From: Somniosus microcephalus
Lineage: Eukaryota
Direction of reading: 5' to 3'
DNA length: 64,000 nucleotides
NCBI GenBank assembly: GCA_052327205.1
Contig: CM126222.1
Span: forward strand, 35,092,001 to 35,156,000
The position numbers and the translations under genes were made by a program. This document shows positions 25,686-39,639 of this stretch, one piece after another. The notes under the pieces are model-generated. The model was not told the DNA's origin and searched no databases. It saw nothing but the letters and a program-made list of their open reading frames with translations. How positions within the stretch are numbered: position 1 is the first letter of the stretch; each line of letters begins with the position of its first letter.

Positions 25686-27684
25686 TGTTCTTACAAGTGA
25701 CCAAGGTTATACTCGTACAGTAAAAATCAATCATTATTTGTGATAATGCAAAACCTTATTGTTGATTACACTGTACATTTGAGGACACAAGTAATGTACA
25801 TTCTGCGGCCAAGCTTTTGTCAACACAGCCTAACCTCCATAATGTGCTGTTTTTCTTGCAGAAGTTGTGCTTTTTTTATTGCTCCTCCAAAGAATTAATT
25901 TCCTCACACGAAATGAGGGTGGGAATCATCACGAGCCAAAGGGACATTATTTTCCAGTTTTGGCAAACCGAAAAGCAAAGTGCATCCTGTATCACTAATC
26001 TTTCATTGTTTCTGTACTTTTCTGCTACATTTGATCCTTTTGTCACTAGCACAGTTAACTTCGAGGAGTTTGGGGAGAAAGGTCCACTTGATAAATGAGT
26101 ACATTTATACTTAATCATTGAGGCAAATGCAGAATTTTGAATGGCCTTTTACAATAACTTTTTTGATAAAAACTACACCACTTTAATTAGCATATATTTA
26201 AGCAGCATAGTGAGGTGTAATTATAAATTTAAACTAACGCCCTGGGAAACGGAAGAGTTTGAATCAAAGTATCATTTGTTGAGATTTTGTCATGCAGTGG
26301 GGGGGCATTGGGAAAAATAGTACAAGCTAAAATTGCACATGTAGTTTCAGTCCATTGAGGTTGCCTAAGCGAGAGTTATACAACTAAAGCTTAGATAACT
26401 TTGATACTGTAATCTGCATGCAGGCCATGTAATCAATGTGTGAGAATCGGTAGTGGTGATTACATTTCTTTTTAATAGTTTTTTATTTTCATTGTATGTG
26501 ACTGGTTAGGAAAAAAATTAGGACCCCCCTAAGCATGTCATGTAGTTGTCTTTTGTCAGTGAAACAAAAGGTAAGAAAAAAAGCTGTATTTCCAGAGGAG
26601 TTTTGTCTATTCGGAGACTGAGAAGACTCGAATTCCAAAGGCATTACATGAGCAGCTTTAATGAATTAGCGTCTGGTTTTTGAACAACAGATGTGACGTG
26701 AAGCTTTATAAGCAGCTTCCTATCGATTGGTGCTTTCAACCTCTTTTGTGTTCATTCCAGGAGGAGCAAGAGAGAGCTGCTTTGGACAAAAACTCCTGTT
26801 TTTGTTGGGCCTTAAAGGAGAACGATAGTAAGGGGAACTTTTTTTTTCCAATGTGCATCCCCTGCCCCCACAGAAGACCACTTTATTGCTGACATGGAGA
26901 CCCTCGAGTAGGGGCCCCTTCCCTGCCAGGCTGTTTTGTTGAAGTCCCTTACTCGAAATGTCCCAGAGTGGTTGCGTTGCAAACAGTGGGAGCTGCGACA
27001 TCAAACCAGCCTAAGTGTAACTCTGGAGCTGCATAAAGCCGGGAAATCTGATTGCAGGCTGGGAATGCAAATTTCCTAGCTTGTGCATTATTCCTTTGCT
27101 GTTAGTAACAAAGTTGCTCCAGGATCCATTGGGTGTTCTGTTATTGATATTACCGAATTGCCTAGTAGTGAAGGTGACACTGCTCGAGCCTCTCTATTGA
27201 CAAAGTTCCATTTTAAATTAAATGTCAAAAGAAATTTAAAGTAAGACTATTTTCTTCTATAAAAGGGAGATTTGTTTGAACAAAAGCGCCACACCCACAT
27301 TTTCCTTTTGCAAGGGGAAAGAGATTCTATCCTTGTGATAGTGGCCACTGCATTTGGAATTGGAGTTTGACTTACATAAGAGGACTTTAAATTTTAGTTT
27401 ACTAATCTAGTAGGGTTTTAGCAATATTACTCTCTTTTTTGTTTCCTTTTGTGGTGAATGTCTTGGAGTTTATTTCTCTTGTGCTCCCTTTCCTTCCCAC
27501 CCCACGCCCCCCCCAACACCACACACCCAGAAGGAAACATGCAGTTTGATGAGATCATACATTGCTAATGACAAACTTGAGTTGGAAAATCAGAGCTAGA
27601 TTGGTGCAGTCCTATCTGCAGTAATGCACACTCCAATAACGAGGCGGTGCATCATGAGTGGACCATCACAATTACCTCTTTTTT

Positions 27685-28180
27685 TTGAAAAAGGACATAG
27701 AAGCAATGGAACCAGTGCAAAAAAGATTTACAAGGATGGGACCAGAACAGAGAGATTACAGGTATCTGGAAAGATTGAACAGGTTGGGCCTTTTTTCTTT
27801 AGGAAAGAGAAGACTTAGACGTGACCTGATCGAGGTCTTCAGAATTATGATTGGTTTGGACTGGGTAAATGTGGAGAAAATGTTTCCACTCGTGAGAGAA
27901 TCCAAAACTAGGGGCCATAAATAAAATACAAGATAGTTACTGATAAATCCAATATTGAAATAGAGAATTTTTTTTTTAACTCAATGGTTAGAATGTGGAG
28001 CTCGCTACCACAGGAAGTGGTTGAGTCAAATAGCTTAGATGCTTTCAAAAGGAAACTAGATGAGTACATGAGAGAAAAAGGAATAGAATGATATGAGGCA
28101 GATGGAATGGGAGGAGACTGTGGAGTATAAACACCAGCACAGACTAATGGCCTGTTTCTGTGCTTTATATTCTATGTAAT
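27685..28180 (+). mobile_element. CR1 3' fragment
   Basis: KKDIEAMEPVQKRFTRM, LGLFSLGKRRLRRDLIEVF; CR1 tail. Confidence 0.88.
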
Positions 28181-30284
28181 TCCCTCAGCACCACCCCCAC
28201 CTTGTAACCCTGATTATTTCCCCCCCCCCCCCCCCCAACTTTAGGACACTGACACAAGCGATTGCGCTTCTGCTGCAATCCCAGTTGAGTTCAGCTAACT
28301 CGGCACATGTCAGAGATTGAACCCAAAACTACTTTCAGCATAAAATCTACTTTAACTGGGTCTTCCCAGTGGCTGTACTTGGAGAATCTGCCATTTTATT
28401 GAGGCTGCTGCAGCTGTGCATGATCCAAAAATTAGGAGCTGGCAATTCTGAGGATCCAGTAACCTCAAAATAAAAGCAGTTCTAGTGCTTGGGACAGACA
28501 TCTAGCTTTTCAGACTTTTGGTTCTGTATGTCTAGTTGCAGACCATACGTTATATCTGAATAAAGCTCCCTCTGCTCTACTTCAACCTCAGAACACTCAT
28601 TACTGTAGTACACGGGTGTAAAACCTGTGGACCCTAAAGCACAGGCAACTCAACCCTATTTGAGCTGAAATTATTTTCCAGTTTATCCTGTTTTGAATTT
28701 CGTGGCAGTTTGGAAAGGATGGTTTTTAGCACTGTTATCTCATCGGTGAACAAATCTTAGATGAGAACACCAAGATCTGTTGGTACCAACAGTTTAAGAT
28801 ACATGCAGATTAATAGTTAAAAACACAAAATTAAAGCAAGATTGATAGTAAAATGAATTTCCTGATGCACCATAGTATGCGCCTATATGACCCACAAAGA
28901 CAGAGGCTTGGAAACTCCTACTGTAGTGTGAATTTTCCATTTCCTACATCAGTTATGTTTGGGCCTTTGAGTGAGTGCCTATTTGTACTGTTTTTAAATT
29001 TTAAAAAAAGATGCTCACGACAGAGGATAAGGACACAAGAATTACTTTAAGAAATTCATATTGTTCTGAGTGGAAAATATCAAAATAGTACACAATATTA
29101 ATGGAAATATAGTGCTGACTGCAATTGTAAATCTATCATCTCGGTCCAGTACCATGCATTGCCTAAGAATATGGGTCAAGCTTCATAAGTGAAGGAAGCT
29201 GCTAAAAAGAGAGGCTGTGTATCAGCCTGAACATCTCCGCATGACTTGGAAATTGTAACCTACTGTACTGGATAATTTTATTAAGACTTGGATGAACGGG
29301 GGAAGTAGGAAATTCTGAGAAACTATTTTGAACTTAAATTTAAAACTGAAAAATACTTTTAGAAAACTAATGCTAACCATATCTGTATTCAGGAGACTAG
29401 TTGCAGTGCTTTCAGCCTTAAATTTCCATTGTCTCATTATTAGAATTGGCAGGGTGGGGCAAAAACTGTAGACATATACAAAGTATGCTCCTATATAAAA
29501 TAAAAAAGTCTTACCACCAACAACTCTAAGTGCTTAATTTTAAGTACAGTACGATAACTAATAGAAATCTATAAGATAAAGTCCAAGAAAGTGAGTTTCT
29601 TTCATTTCTGGTAATATTTAGTAGGAAGTGTTTTCTTGTCTTTGAAAAGCTACATGAATTTTCAGTTCTTAAATATAGATTACATTCACGGGGGGAACAT
29701 TAGGCCAATACTCTAATTGCTCAGAGATGGCCGTACTTGTTTGCCTTTAAAATGTCAGCTACCAATGTGGGTTTTAATCTGGCAGCAGTCTCACTCAGTA
29801 ATTCTATCAAGACAATTTATCAACACTTGCTATTACAAAACAAATGTCTTGCCATCATTAACTTTTTTTCAAGAATCCTAACTGTAATGCACCCTCATCT
29901 CTATTAAGGGTTTATACATTTTTAATAAATTAAAACATGTGGCTTGTTTACCCAGTTGATTCAATTTATAATTGAACCAGTCAGTATTAAGTATTACATT
30001 GCCAAAAATAAAAATTCCAACGTTCCACTGATGGTAGTTAGTGATTCCCGTTGAGTGGGGATATCATTGATAAAGCATCGTCATACCAGATATAATCATA
30101 CGGAATTGCATCTGAAGCACCTAATATCATCCATAGTTACAGATGGGAGCAAAAATCACATTGGCTCTTGTTTGCCATTCTGCATTGCAAATGGAGAGAA
30201 TTTGGAATAAATAAAATCACCTTTATGATGGGTTTTGTTCATTTTAAAATTTTCTATGTGATGCTCTCGCCTGTATGGAAAGAA

Positions 30285-30805
30285 TGATTTTGATTTATTG
30301 TCTTATCACTTATCAGAAATGCCTCAGTGCTTCACAAAATTAACTGTTTTGAAGTGCCGTGACCGTGAATCAGCAAGCATATGTGGCAGCCATTTTGACA
30401 ATGAACAATGCAGCACTCGCTCTGTTCTGCACTGATGTCAACCTAAGTTACATACAAGTTCTGGAGTTCGGCTAGAACTCTCAGCCTGCTACATGACAAA
30501 AGTCTTGAAACAGCGAAGAGATTAATGAATGGCAATTTAGTTTTGATTCGAGACGGTTGAGTGAAGAATATTGGCTGTCCATGATGAGAACTCCCTGCTC
30601 TTTGAATAGTGATGCAAGATCTATATTGTCCAACTGAACCACTGGAACAGGCAAGTATCTCATCCAGACAATAGCACTTCTGGCAATGTAGCGCTTCCTC
30701 AGTACTGCACTGAAGTGTCAGCCTGGATTATGTGCTTAAGTCCTGGAGTGAGACCTTCAAAATTCTGACTCCGACAAGAGTGCGACCAACTGCTCTAAAC
30801 TGACA
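30285..30805 (-). mobile_element. Degenerate Deu SINE containing an inverted duplicated segment
   Basis: cagtactgcactgaagtgtcagcctggattatgtgc core near 30700-30740. Confidence 0.7.
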
Positions 30806-30849
30806 ATGAGCTGCATACTCAACTATGTGGCATTTCCTGCTCCTTTCTC

Positions 30850-31210
30850 CGAGCACTCTTGGCTCTGACTCGGCGGGTTATGATTTCTAGCCCCACTCCA
30901 GAGCTTGTATGTAACTTAGGTTGACACGTTAGTGCAAAACCGAGCGAGAGCTGCACTGTTCATTTGAAGTAATGCCTTTGGATAAGACATAAAACCTAGG
31001 CCTCTTCTGCCTGACCAGGGGCACTACTTGAAGAGCAGGGAGATCTTCCAGTGTCCTAGCCATTATAACTAATAATTTATCTCATCTTGCTGTGCCCAGA
31101 TTGGCTGCCATATTTACACTCCTAATAAGTGACTACACTTGAAAATTAATCCATTGGTTGTGAAGCTTTTTGGAATGTCCTATGGATGTGGCATGTGTTG
31201 TATAATTTTT
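30850..31210 (+). mobile_element. Degenerate Deu SINE, head-to-head with the previous copy
   Basis: ccccactccagagc, ttgaagagcaggg, gtgactacacttgaaaa. Confidence 0.7.
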
Positions 31211-31268
31211 TTTTCTTTGAATATACTTGGTCTTCAAGAGTTGCTTAAATTGTAGATTAAAACATAAA

Positions 31269-31944
31269 GGCCTAGAAATTGGGTTGGGGCGCAAAAGTCG
31301 CCTGAGCGCAGGATTTAGCGCAGCGATCGGAGTAATACCGATCGCCAGAAATTCTGTTTCCGTGCCCCTCGAGGGACACGGGGCGAGGCTCGAGGCGCTC
31401 CGCGTCCCTGTTAGGGCGCTGAAACTGATTATCGCAGCGCAACGTGCCGCAGCGCCACATGCTGCGGCACGGCACGCTGCGGTACTGCAGGCCTTCCTCC
31501 CACTGTTAAGGGGGAGGTGCCTGCAACAGCGCGATCCCCGCTCGCGAGTGCCGGCAAATGAGCCCGGCACCAAGGAGAAGTGCCAGGCTCTCGGGGAAAC
31601 AGCCGGCAATGCCGCGGGGGGGGGGTGGTTAGGAGGCCGGGGACGGAGGTGCTGGCAGGCGGCCGCCCCGCACCTCCACCTTAACTTGTGCCGCTGCTGG
31701 CACAGTAAGGCCCCGTGAACCGGACGCGGGTAGCGAACGGCGCAACTGTGGCGTTCGCTACCAAATATCACGAATGGGGCGCTGCGCACACCGATGACGC
31801 CATCTGTGGCGGCGCAGTGCAACAGGCTAACGCCACCATTAGCGCCCCTCCTGAATATCGCGGGAGGCGCAGCCAGTGGCGCTACGGCCACTGCCTGCCT
31901 CTTTAGGCGCTAACCGGTGGCGCTACTCACCCAATTTCTCCCCC
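31269..31944 (+). mobile_element. GC-rich PIF/Harbinger MITE, copy 2
   Basis: TIR ggcctagaaatt / aatttctccccc; AAA on both sides; internal similarity to copies 1 and 3. Confidence 0.88.
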
Positions 31945-33184
31945 AAAAAGTGAAAAATGCACTACGTTGATCAGTCCTGACTCACAGACTTTTTAAAGAA
32001 GCAACTTTTTAGTACCAGTTTAGAACCATAAAGAGTATTGTCCAAAATGGTCCTGCAAAAATCATTTGATTATTGGAAGCCTGATATCAGTCATTGTATT
32101 GTCTGTCATTCCACTGTATCCTCTTCTAAAAGTAGAATATACTGGCAATATACGGCAGGTTGATCAGAGTTTCATTTTACCTCTTTGTCTTTCCTGTTTG
32201 TGTAACCATTGCATTGTTAATGGTAATGGGTGCTTCTCTTTGTCAAACTGACTTGCAGTGGGCCCGGTCCACCCATTTTGCATGGCTAACATCATAGGCC
32301 ACTTGGGCATCAACAGCGTTAAATCAAGCAGTCTGGTTAGTCTTGTTCCTCAGAATGGATCTGCAGTTAGTCAGTGAGACTTGGGTCCCATAGCATCATT
32401 GTGGCGTGTCAAATGAGGGGAAGTACTCTCGCCCTTGCTGTGCAGAAAAACAATGAAGATGTATCCCAACACCTTGCGAGCGCAGAATATCAGCAGATAG
32501 CGGGAACATTTTTTCTGTTGTGACATCTAAGCAAAGTTCAGCTTTTACTGGCAAAGCAGACCACCTCACATTATACAATGTTGCCAATCCATCTAAAGGG
32601 AATGCCATGAGTACCAACTCCACTTCCTAGAATATATTAATTAATAACATGGATTATGTATTGAAATAACAAACACCAGGAAATGTGTTGAACAGCTCAA
32701 CTTTTGGATTCAGATGATAAACCATTTAGGCATCAGTGGGATTACTGTTTTGGGAGCACCTCCCTAGTATCTATAGAAAGTGAGGGCAGTTTTGAATTTG
32801 TTTAATACAGTTTTGTTAATTTTACTATGTATATTGTCCATGTTGAATATTGTTTGTTTTATATTGAATTTTTTTTGCCAAATTTAAAAATAAAAATTCC
32901 ATTGCGTAGCAATACATTGATCAATTAATAGGCACAATCTCATTTTCCACTGGACCTTGGTACACAAAGATTTAATCCCAACATACTCCTCTTGTGTAAT
33001 TGTCAGAAATGCAGTTAACATTAGGCTCTCGTAATGCTTTATATCCTTTAAAAATTATTTTGATTCTCTGTTTAATTCAGCAGTTCATCCATTCTTAGTC
33101 ACAAGGGTTTATGTTCATTTGTTTCTGGTAGATTAAAAAGTTACTGCAGCAGTCTTGATTTTTAGGCTTCAAATTTATGATTGC

Positions 33185-34729
33185 TTTGGGAATCCCTTCC
33201 TAGGACCCATGTTAGCTGAAGTTAACAGTTCCCTCTCCTCAGGTACTGTTTTTCTCTTCCCTGCCTTCCCCCCTCCCCCCCCCCCCCCCCTTCAAATCTG
33301 TCATCATCGCCCCTCAAAAAAAAAAAAAAAAAAATCACCTTGACCTCTCTGTCCTTGCAAACTAATGCCCCATCTCCAACCTCCCTTTCCTTTCCAAAGT
33401 CCTTGAACATGTTGTCGCCTCCTAAATCTGTGCCCATCTTTCCTGCAACTCCATGTTTGAATCCCTCCAAACAGTTTTATGTCTCCACCAAAATACTGAA
33501 ACGGCCCTCATCAAAGTCACAAAGTACATTCTTTGTGATTGATCGTGAAACTATTCCTCCTCATCCTTCACGATCTATCTGCAGCCTTTGATACAGTTGA
33601 CCACACCATCCTCCACCAATGCCTCTCCGCCGCCGTCCAGTTGGATGGAACTGCCCTTGCTTGGTTCCATTCATATCTATCAAATCATAGTCAGAGAATC
33701 GTCTGCAAGGGCTTCTCTTCCCACTCCTGCACCGTTGGCTCTGAAGTCCCCCAAGGATCTATCCTTGGCCCCCTTCTATTTCTCATCTACATGCTAACCC
33801 TCAGCGATATCATCCAAAAACACATCAGGTTCCACATGTTCGCTGACGACGCTTCGCTCTGCCTCGCACCACCTCTCTGGACCCCTCCACTGTCTCTGAT
33901 TTGTGTCACTGCTTGTCAGACATCCAATATTGGATGAGCAGAAATTTCCTCCACAACTAAATATTGGGAGAGCTGAAGCTATTGTCTTTGGTCCTCGCTA
34001 CAAATTCCATTCCCTAGCCACCGTTTCCATCTCTGGCAACTGTCTGAAGTTGAGCCAGACCATTCACAACCTTGGTGTTGTGTTTGACCCCGAGATGAGC
34101 TTTCAACCACATATACTCTCCATCACCAAGACTGCCTAATTCCACCTCCGTAACATCACCCGACTCCGACCCTGCCTCTGCTCACCTACAGCTGAAACCA
34201 TCATTCATGCCTTTACGACTCGACTATTCCAATGCTCTCCAGGCTGGCCTCCCATCTTCCACCCTACATAACCTTGTGCTCATCCAAAACTCTGCTGCCC
34301 ACATCTTCACTCACTCCAAGCCTCGTTCACCCATCACTCCGGTGCTTTCTGACCTACACTGGCTCCCGGTCCGACCAATCTTCAGCCTTGTTTTCAAATC
34401 CCTCCAGGGCCTTGCTCCTCCCTATCTTTGTAACCTCCAGCCATACAAGCCTTCGAGATCTCTGCGCTCTTCCAATTCTGGCCTCTTGCATATCCACGGT
34501 TTCAATTGCTCCACCATTGGCGGCAGTGCTATCAGCTGCCTTAGCCCTAAGCTCTGGAATTCCACCTCTCCACCTTTCTTTCCTCCTTTTAAGATGCTCC
34601 TTAATACCTATCTCTTTGACCAAGCTTTTAGTCATCTGTCCTGATCTCTCCTTCTGTGACTTGGTGTCAAACATGGTTTTTATTGATATTGCTCGTTAAC
34701 CGCCTTGGGACATTTTGCTACGTAAAGGC
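33185..34729 (+). mobile_element. L2 LINE fragment (RT and 3' end)
   Basis: DLSAAFDTVDHTIL, VPQGSILGPLLFLIYM, FADD, SPITPVLSDLHWLPV; tail resumes at 35850. Confidence 0.92.
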
Positions 34730-35849
34730 ATGCGATAAGGTACCACATAAAAGGTTGTTAGGCAAGATAAGGGCTCATGGGGTTGGGGTAATGTAATAGC
34801 ATGGATAGAAGACAGAAAAGAGAGTAGGGATGAACGGGTCATTTTCGGGTTGGCAGGCTGTAACTTGTGGGGTGCCGCAAGGATCAGTGCTGAGGCCTCA
34901 GCTATTCACAATCTATATCAATGACATGGATACTTTGCATTCGGTCCCTTCATCCAAGTTTGCTGACGATACAAAGCTAGGTGGGAAGGTAAGTTGTGAG
35001 GAGGGCACAAAGAGCCTGCAAAGGGATATAGACAGGTTGTGAGTGGACAATAAGGTGGCAGATAGTGTATACTGTGGGGAAATGTGAGGTTATTCACTTT
35101 GGTAGGAAGAATAGGAAAGCAAAATATTTTTTAAATGATGCGTAACTATTAAATGTTGGTGTTCAGAGAGATTTAAGTGTCCTAGTACAAGAACCACAGA
35201 GTTAACATGCAGGTACAGCAAGCAATTAGGAAAGCAAATGGCATGTTGGAGTACCAGAGTAAGGATGTCTTGCTACAATTGTACAGGGCTTTGGTGAGAC
35301 CTCACCTGGAGTACTGTGCACAGTTTTGGTCTCCTTATCTAAGGAAGGATAAACTTGCCTTGGAGGCGGTGAACGAAGGTCACTGGATTAATTCCTGGGA
35401 TGAGGGGGTTGTGCTACGAGGAGAGATTGAATAGATTGGGCCTATACCCTGGAGTTTAGAAGAATGACATGATCTCATTGAAACATACAAGATTCTGAGG
35501 GGGATTGACAGGGTAGATGCTGAGAGGTTGTTTCTCTTGGCTGGAGAGTCTAGAACTAGGGGGCATGGTCTCAGGATAAGGGGTTGCCCTTTTAAGACAG
35601 ATGAGGAATTTCTTCACTCAGGGTTGTGAATCTTTGGAATTCTCTGCCCAGAGGGCTGTGGGTGCTCAGTCGTTGAGTATATTCAAGGCCGAGATAGATA
35701 GATTTTTGGACTCTAGAGGAATCAAGGGATGTGGGGATCGGGCGGGAAAGTGGAGTTGAGGCCGAAGATCAGCCATGATCTTATTGAATGGCGGAGCCGG
35801 CTCGAGGGGCCGTACGCAGTACTCCTGCTCCTAATTCTTATGTTTTTAT
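34725..35849 (+). mobile_element. CR1 LINE inserted in an L2 tail
   Basis: GVPQGSVL, KFADDTKLGG, RPHLEYCAQFWSP; CR1 3' UTR. Confidence 0.93.
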
Positions 35850-36245
35850 TGCTATATAAATGCAAGCTGTTGACGTTGAGTGACTAAGTGAAATCTTCAT
35901 TTCTCAGCCAGAATTTGGTGAGTTATAACTGGTTATTTTCTAACAAGGAGTTTAGCAAGGAAATAGTTGCAGCTGAAGGTTAAAATTTTGGAATGCAGCA
36001 CAGTTGTTTTTGCTTTTGGCAATCACGGTGAATTTCAATGGTAGTTATGTTCACAGACATGTTAAGACAGTGGGAGAAGCTACTTTCCCTGACAGTGATC
36101 CAAGTCCGGTTAGGTTGAAACCTGTTCACGCTTATGCAGTGGGCTTTTCCTGGAGTGATGTACAGTACAGGTAGTCACTATTATAGGAAAAAGTTTTCTG
36201 GCCTTTTCATTTTAGTAGTGTGGTTTCATGCCATCTTATTAAGCG

Positions 36246-36665
36246 TTAACCTTGGCTTGGTGGTAACACTCGTCTGAGTCAGAACGTTGTGGGTTGAAGT
36301 CGCACTCCAGAGACTTGAGCACATAATCTAGGCTGGCACTTCGTTGCAGTACTGAGGGAGTGCTGCATTTTCAGAGGTGCTGTCTTTTGGATGAGACGTT
36401 AAACTGCAGCTCCATCTACCCCTTCAGATGGACATAAAAGATCCCACTGCAATATTTGAAGAGGAGCTGGGGAGTTACACTGGTGTCCTGTACTCCAATT
36501 ATCCCTCAACTAACACCTAAAACAGACGCCCTGGTTATTTCATTGCTGTTTGTGGGACCATACTGTGCACCATTTTGGCTGCAACTTTTCCTACATTACA
36601 ACAGTGACCACACTTCAGGTACTTCATTAGTTGTGAAATGTGTTAAATAAATGCAAGTCCTTTCT
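36246..36665 (+). mobile_element. Near full-length Deu SINE
   Basis: tRNA-like head, cagtactgagggagtgctgca core, tail aaatgcaagtc. Confidence 0.85.
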
Positions 36666-38268
36666 TTGTCTTTTATTTCTTTCTTTCTCTGCTTCTTTCT
36701 TTCTCTGATGTTTGCAAGGTGTCGGTATGATATTATACAGTAGTAGGTTAAAATAAATTGCTTTCATTCTGCACCAAATGTGTGGCAATGTGCTGTTTGG
36801 TTGCCATATTGTGACTTGTACTATCCAGCAGTTCAAGAATCTACCATCCAGACTTACTCAAATTTGTGGATACAGAGAAGCTTCTACGACCACTGGTCAA
36901 ATAATCTATCAAAAAGTCCAATGGAGTAAGCTTCTGTTAGCAGCCCAAGTTGCTGAATGTGCATGAATGCTCAGAGAGTGAGATGAAAGCTATGTGAGAA
37001 ATGTTTGTGTGGTCAGGTCATGGTTCTTGGGAAGCAACACACCATTACCAGAAACCACAATAGAATTTGAGAGACAGCAGCCATCCTGTGGTTGGAAGAA
37101 CTTAGAGACACAACTCGAGTTGTTCTTCCCTCCCTAGGGCTTTGAGGACCTTTTATTTTACTTATGAAGTCTACATTGGAAAAGACCGTGCAACTTTCAG
37201 TATAAGAACAGCCATCGCTTAATTATTTTATTCTAATAGGCTTCTTTAGATACTCTTCCTTGGCCAGGCACGACCTGCAGCTGTGGGCCAATGAACAAAT
37301 TCCTCACTGTGCCCTTCTGGTGCTGCTGAGGGCCGAGTACCTTTCGTTTTATTTTCCTTTCTGTACCCGGTCTCTGCTTTGTGGCTCATTACAGTCATGC
37401 AACCAAGATCCGGCATGCAGTGGAATGAAGATTGAACTTGCATTTGCACTGTCTGATGCAGCTCGTCGGTGCTCTGACACATTGCACCACTCAACATGGA
37501 AGTTTGTGAGAATTAATAAGCGGTGGAATACGAGCCCATTCAGATCAGGTTGCTCTAAACTTGTTCAGTGCTGAAATGTTTCTGGTCATGAATATGGTTA
37601 ATGAAGATTGTGCATTCACACATTGCAGAAATATTAAATAATTCTAATGGTTGTATGGCAGTGGAAAGCTTTAGTTTGTAAGCAATATACTTTTTGCCAC
37701 ACAGTCTAAACTTAGATACACAAATTTAGAAATCCTTAATTGTTAAATTGATAAATAGCAATATTCAAATCTGCACATTTATATCCTTAAAACATTGCAT
37801 GTTAATGGCTCCATTCAGCGTTTTCATTATAGCTATCCAACTGAAAAGCACTATCTTTCTAAAATATTTTTTGAATAAAGGTGACACTTTTGACCACCTG
37901 CATTGCAACTTAAAGGCTTAAAAATTATGTACTCTAAGATAAGTGGTCTTGTTCTGTGGTTTTCACTCTTACAGTTTAATTCTAGTTCTGGTAACTTCTC
38001 AGTGTAATTAATATATCTTTATTTAAACTACAGTAGTTTTGTTTTTGCTTCTTCACAGAAGACTATAGTATAATTATTCTGATTGCCTCCCCCCACCATT
38101 ACCTTTTTCCTGAGGGGGGTGGTTAGTAGTGATGGTAGTGTGTGAAAAGCCTCATGACTGCTCAGATGACTCTAATACCAATCCATTATTTTATCAGTTC
38201 CACTCTGTTAAAATGGATTGAATCACAATTATAATGTGCCCAGCTCTGCTGTGTAGGTTAAACACAAT

Positions 38269-39639
38269 GGGCTAAAAATTCGATAGCCCCCGAAAACGGG
38301 CACGGGGATCGCGATGCACAGTAGGCCCATGTTGAAAGGAATGCAGGCAACATGCAAACTTTGTGCTGCCTGCTAATTACAATGATTGTAGCGTTCAGCC
38401 CGGCGCTGAATGCATTGCTGAGTGGCTGAACACTCAGCAAAAGGCCCAAATTTGTGCACAGCTAGCTCCAATTAAAGCTAGCATCCACTTCTTAAAGGCA
38501 GTCTGCACCTCTTAATGGGGGGGGGGGGGCTGCAGCAGCTCATGCTTGTGGAGGCAAGTCTCAAAAAGAAGAGTGAATAATGGCTCAATAGGCCAGAGAA
38601 AGGGCTCCAAGGTTCTCTGACACAGGACTAGAGGCTTTAGTGCAGGGGGTGGAAAGGAGGAGACAGGTCCTCTATTCACACACTGTGAAGCCAGTGGGAG
38701 CAGATAGCCGACAAGGTCAATGCCAGCAGTCTTGTCCAGAGAACATGGATGCAGTGCCAAAAGAAGTTCAACGACCTCACACGAGTGGTCAAGGTCAGTG
38801 AATGAATCTTCAAATGCCAGCTCCCACCAACTGCACCACAAGCCTCGCACACTGCTCAATGCACCACACCCGCATCACTCATCTACCAACCGTCTCTATC
38901 AATCACTACTCAAACCTCACATTCATAGCTTCACCTCACCCTCACATACTTACCATTGCTGCAAGTTTCAAACTCTCATCTCTCACCTTGCACACACTAC
39001 CAGCTATTCCACCATGAGAGGCACATCACCCAAACACATTGCACCACACACACTGACACACTTCCCTCTCGCTTGCAGGGCAAGGTGGCTCATAACTGCA
39101 GGCAACAGCAGCTAACCAGTGGGGGGCAGGTAAGCCTGCATATATCCTTACCCAGCTGGAAGAGACGGTGCTCGGCATTATTGGAGGGGCCGTCACAAGC
39201 TGTGGCGAGAGGCAAGGCTGAAACCATTGAAGATAATGGTATGCTCATACCTAGACCTCCTTCTCTCATTTTACTTCCCCCTCAGTCCACAATCTCTTCT
39301 CACTTACAAGCTGCTGATGGTATAAGCATGCATATCTTACTTCCTCCCTCCCCACCCCCCCCCCCCCCCTCTCATCACAACCCTACCCTTGTGCCCATCT
39401 CCTTTCAGATACCCAAGAACTCCAACCAGTGCAGGAAGAGCAAGATGAACGTGATGGAGAAGAGACACCATCACTTGATCTGACACTCACAGGCACCAGC
39501 TCAGAAACTGGCATTGCGCGTACTTTAGAGGGTAGTATGGGGACTTCGATGGGGCGGCCTAAAGAGGGGTGATGGGCATGCACATAGAAATGCTTGGTGC
39601 ATTGGCAGACCTACCAGAGAGTTGAAAAGGGCTTGCAGG
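38269..39639 (+). mobile_element. PIF/Harbinger element remnant (left end plus Myb/SANT-like gene)
   Basis: Left TIR gggctaaaaatt resembles the MITE TIRs; carries a decayed Myb/SANT-like gene; no right TIR found. Confidence 0.75.
38580..39540 (+). pseudogene. Decayed Harbinger Myb/SANT-like DNA-binding gene, three exon-like blocks (38580-38793, 39079-39238, 39409 onward)
   Basis: MAQ*ARERAPRFSDTGLEALVQGVERRRQVLY...QWEQIADKVNA...RTWMQCQKKFNDL|gt...ag|GKVAHNCRQQQLTSGG; in-frame stop and indels. Confidence 0.75.

Noticed and set aside
31133-31891. 252-aa and other GC-rich ORFs, also at 20576-20975 and 44247-44925
   Set aside because: They lie in non-coding MITEs; GC richness suppresses stops and frames are not preserved between copies.
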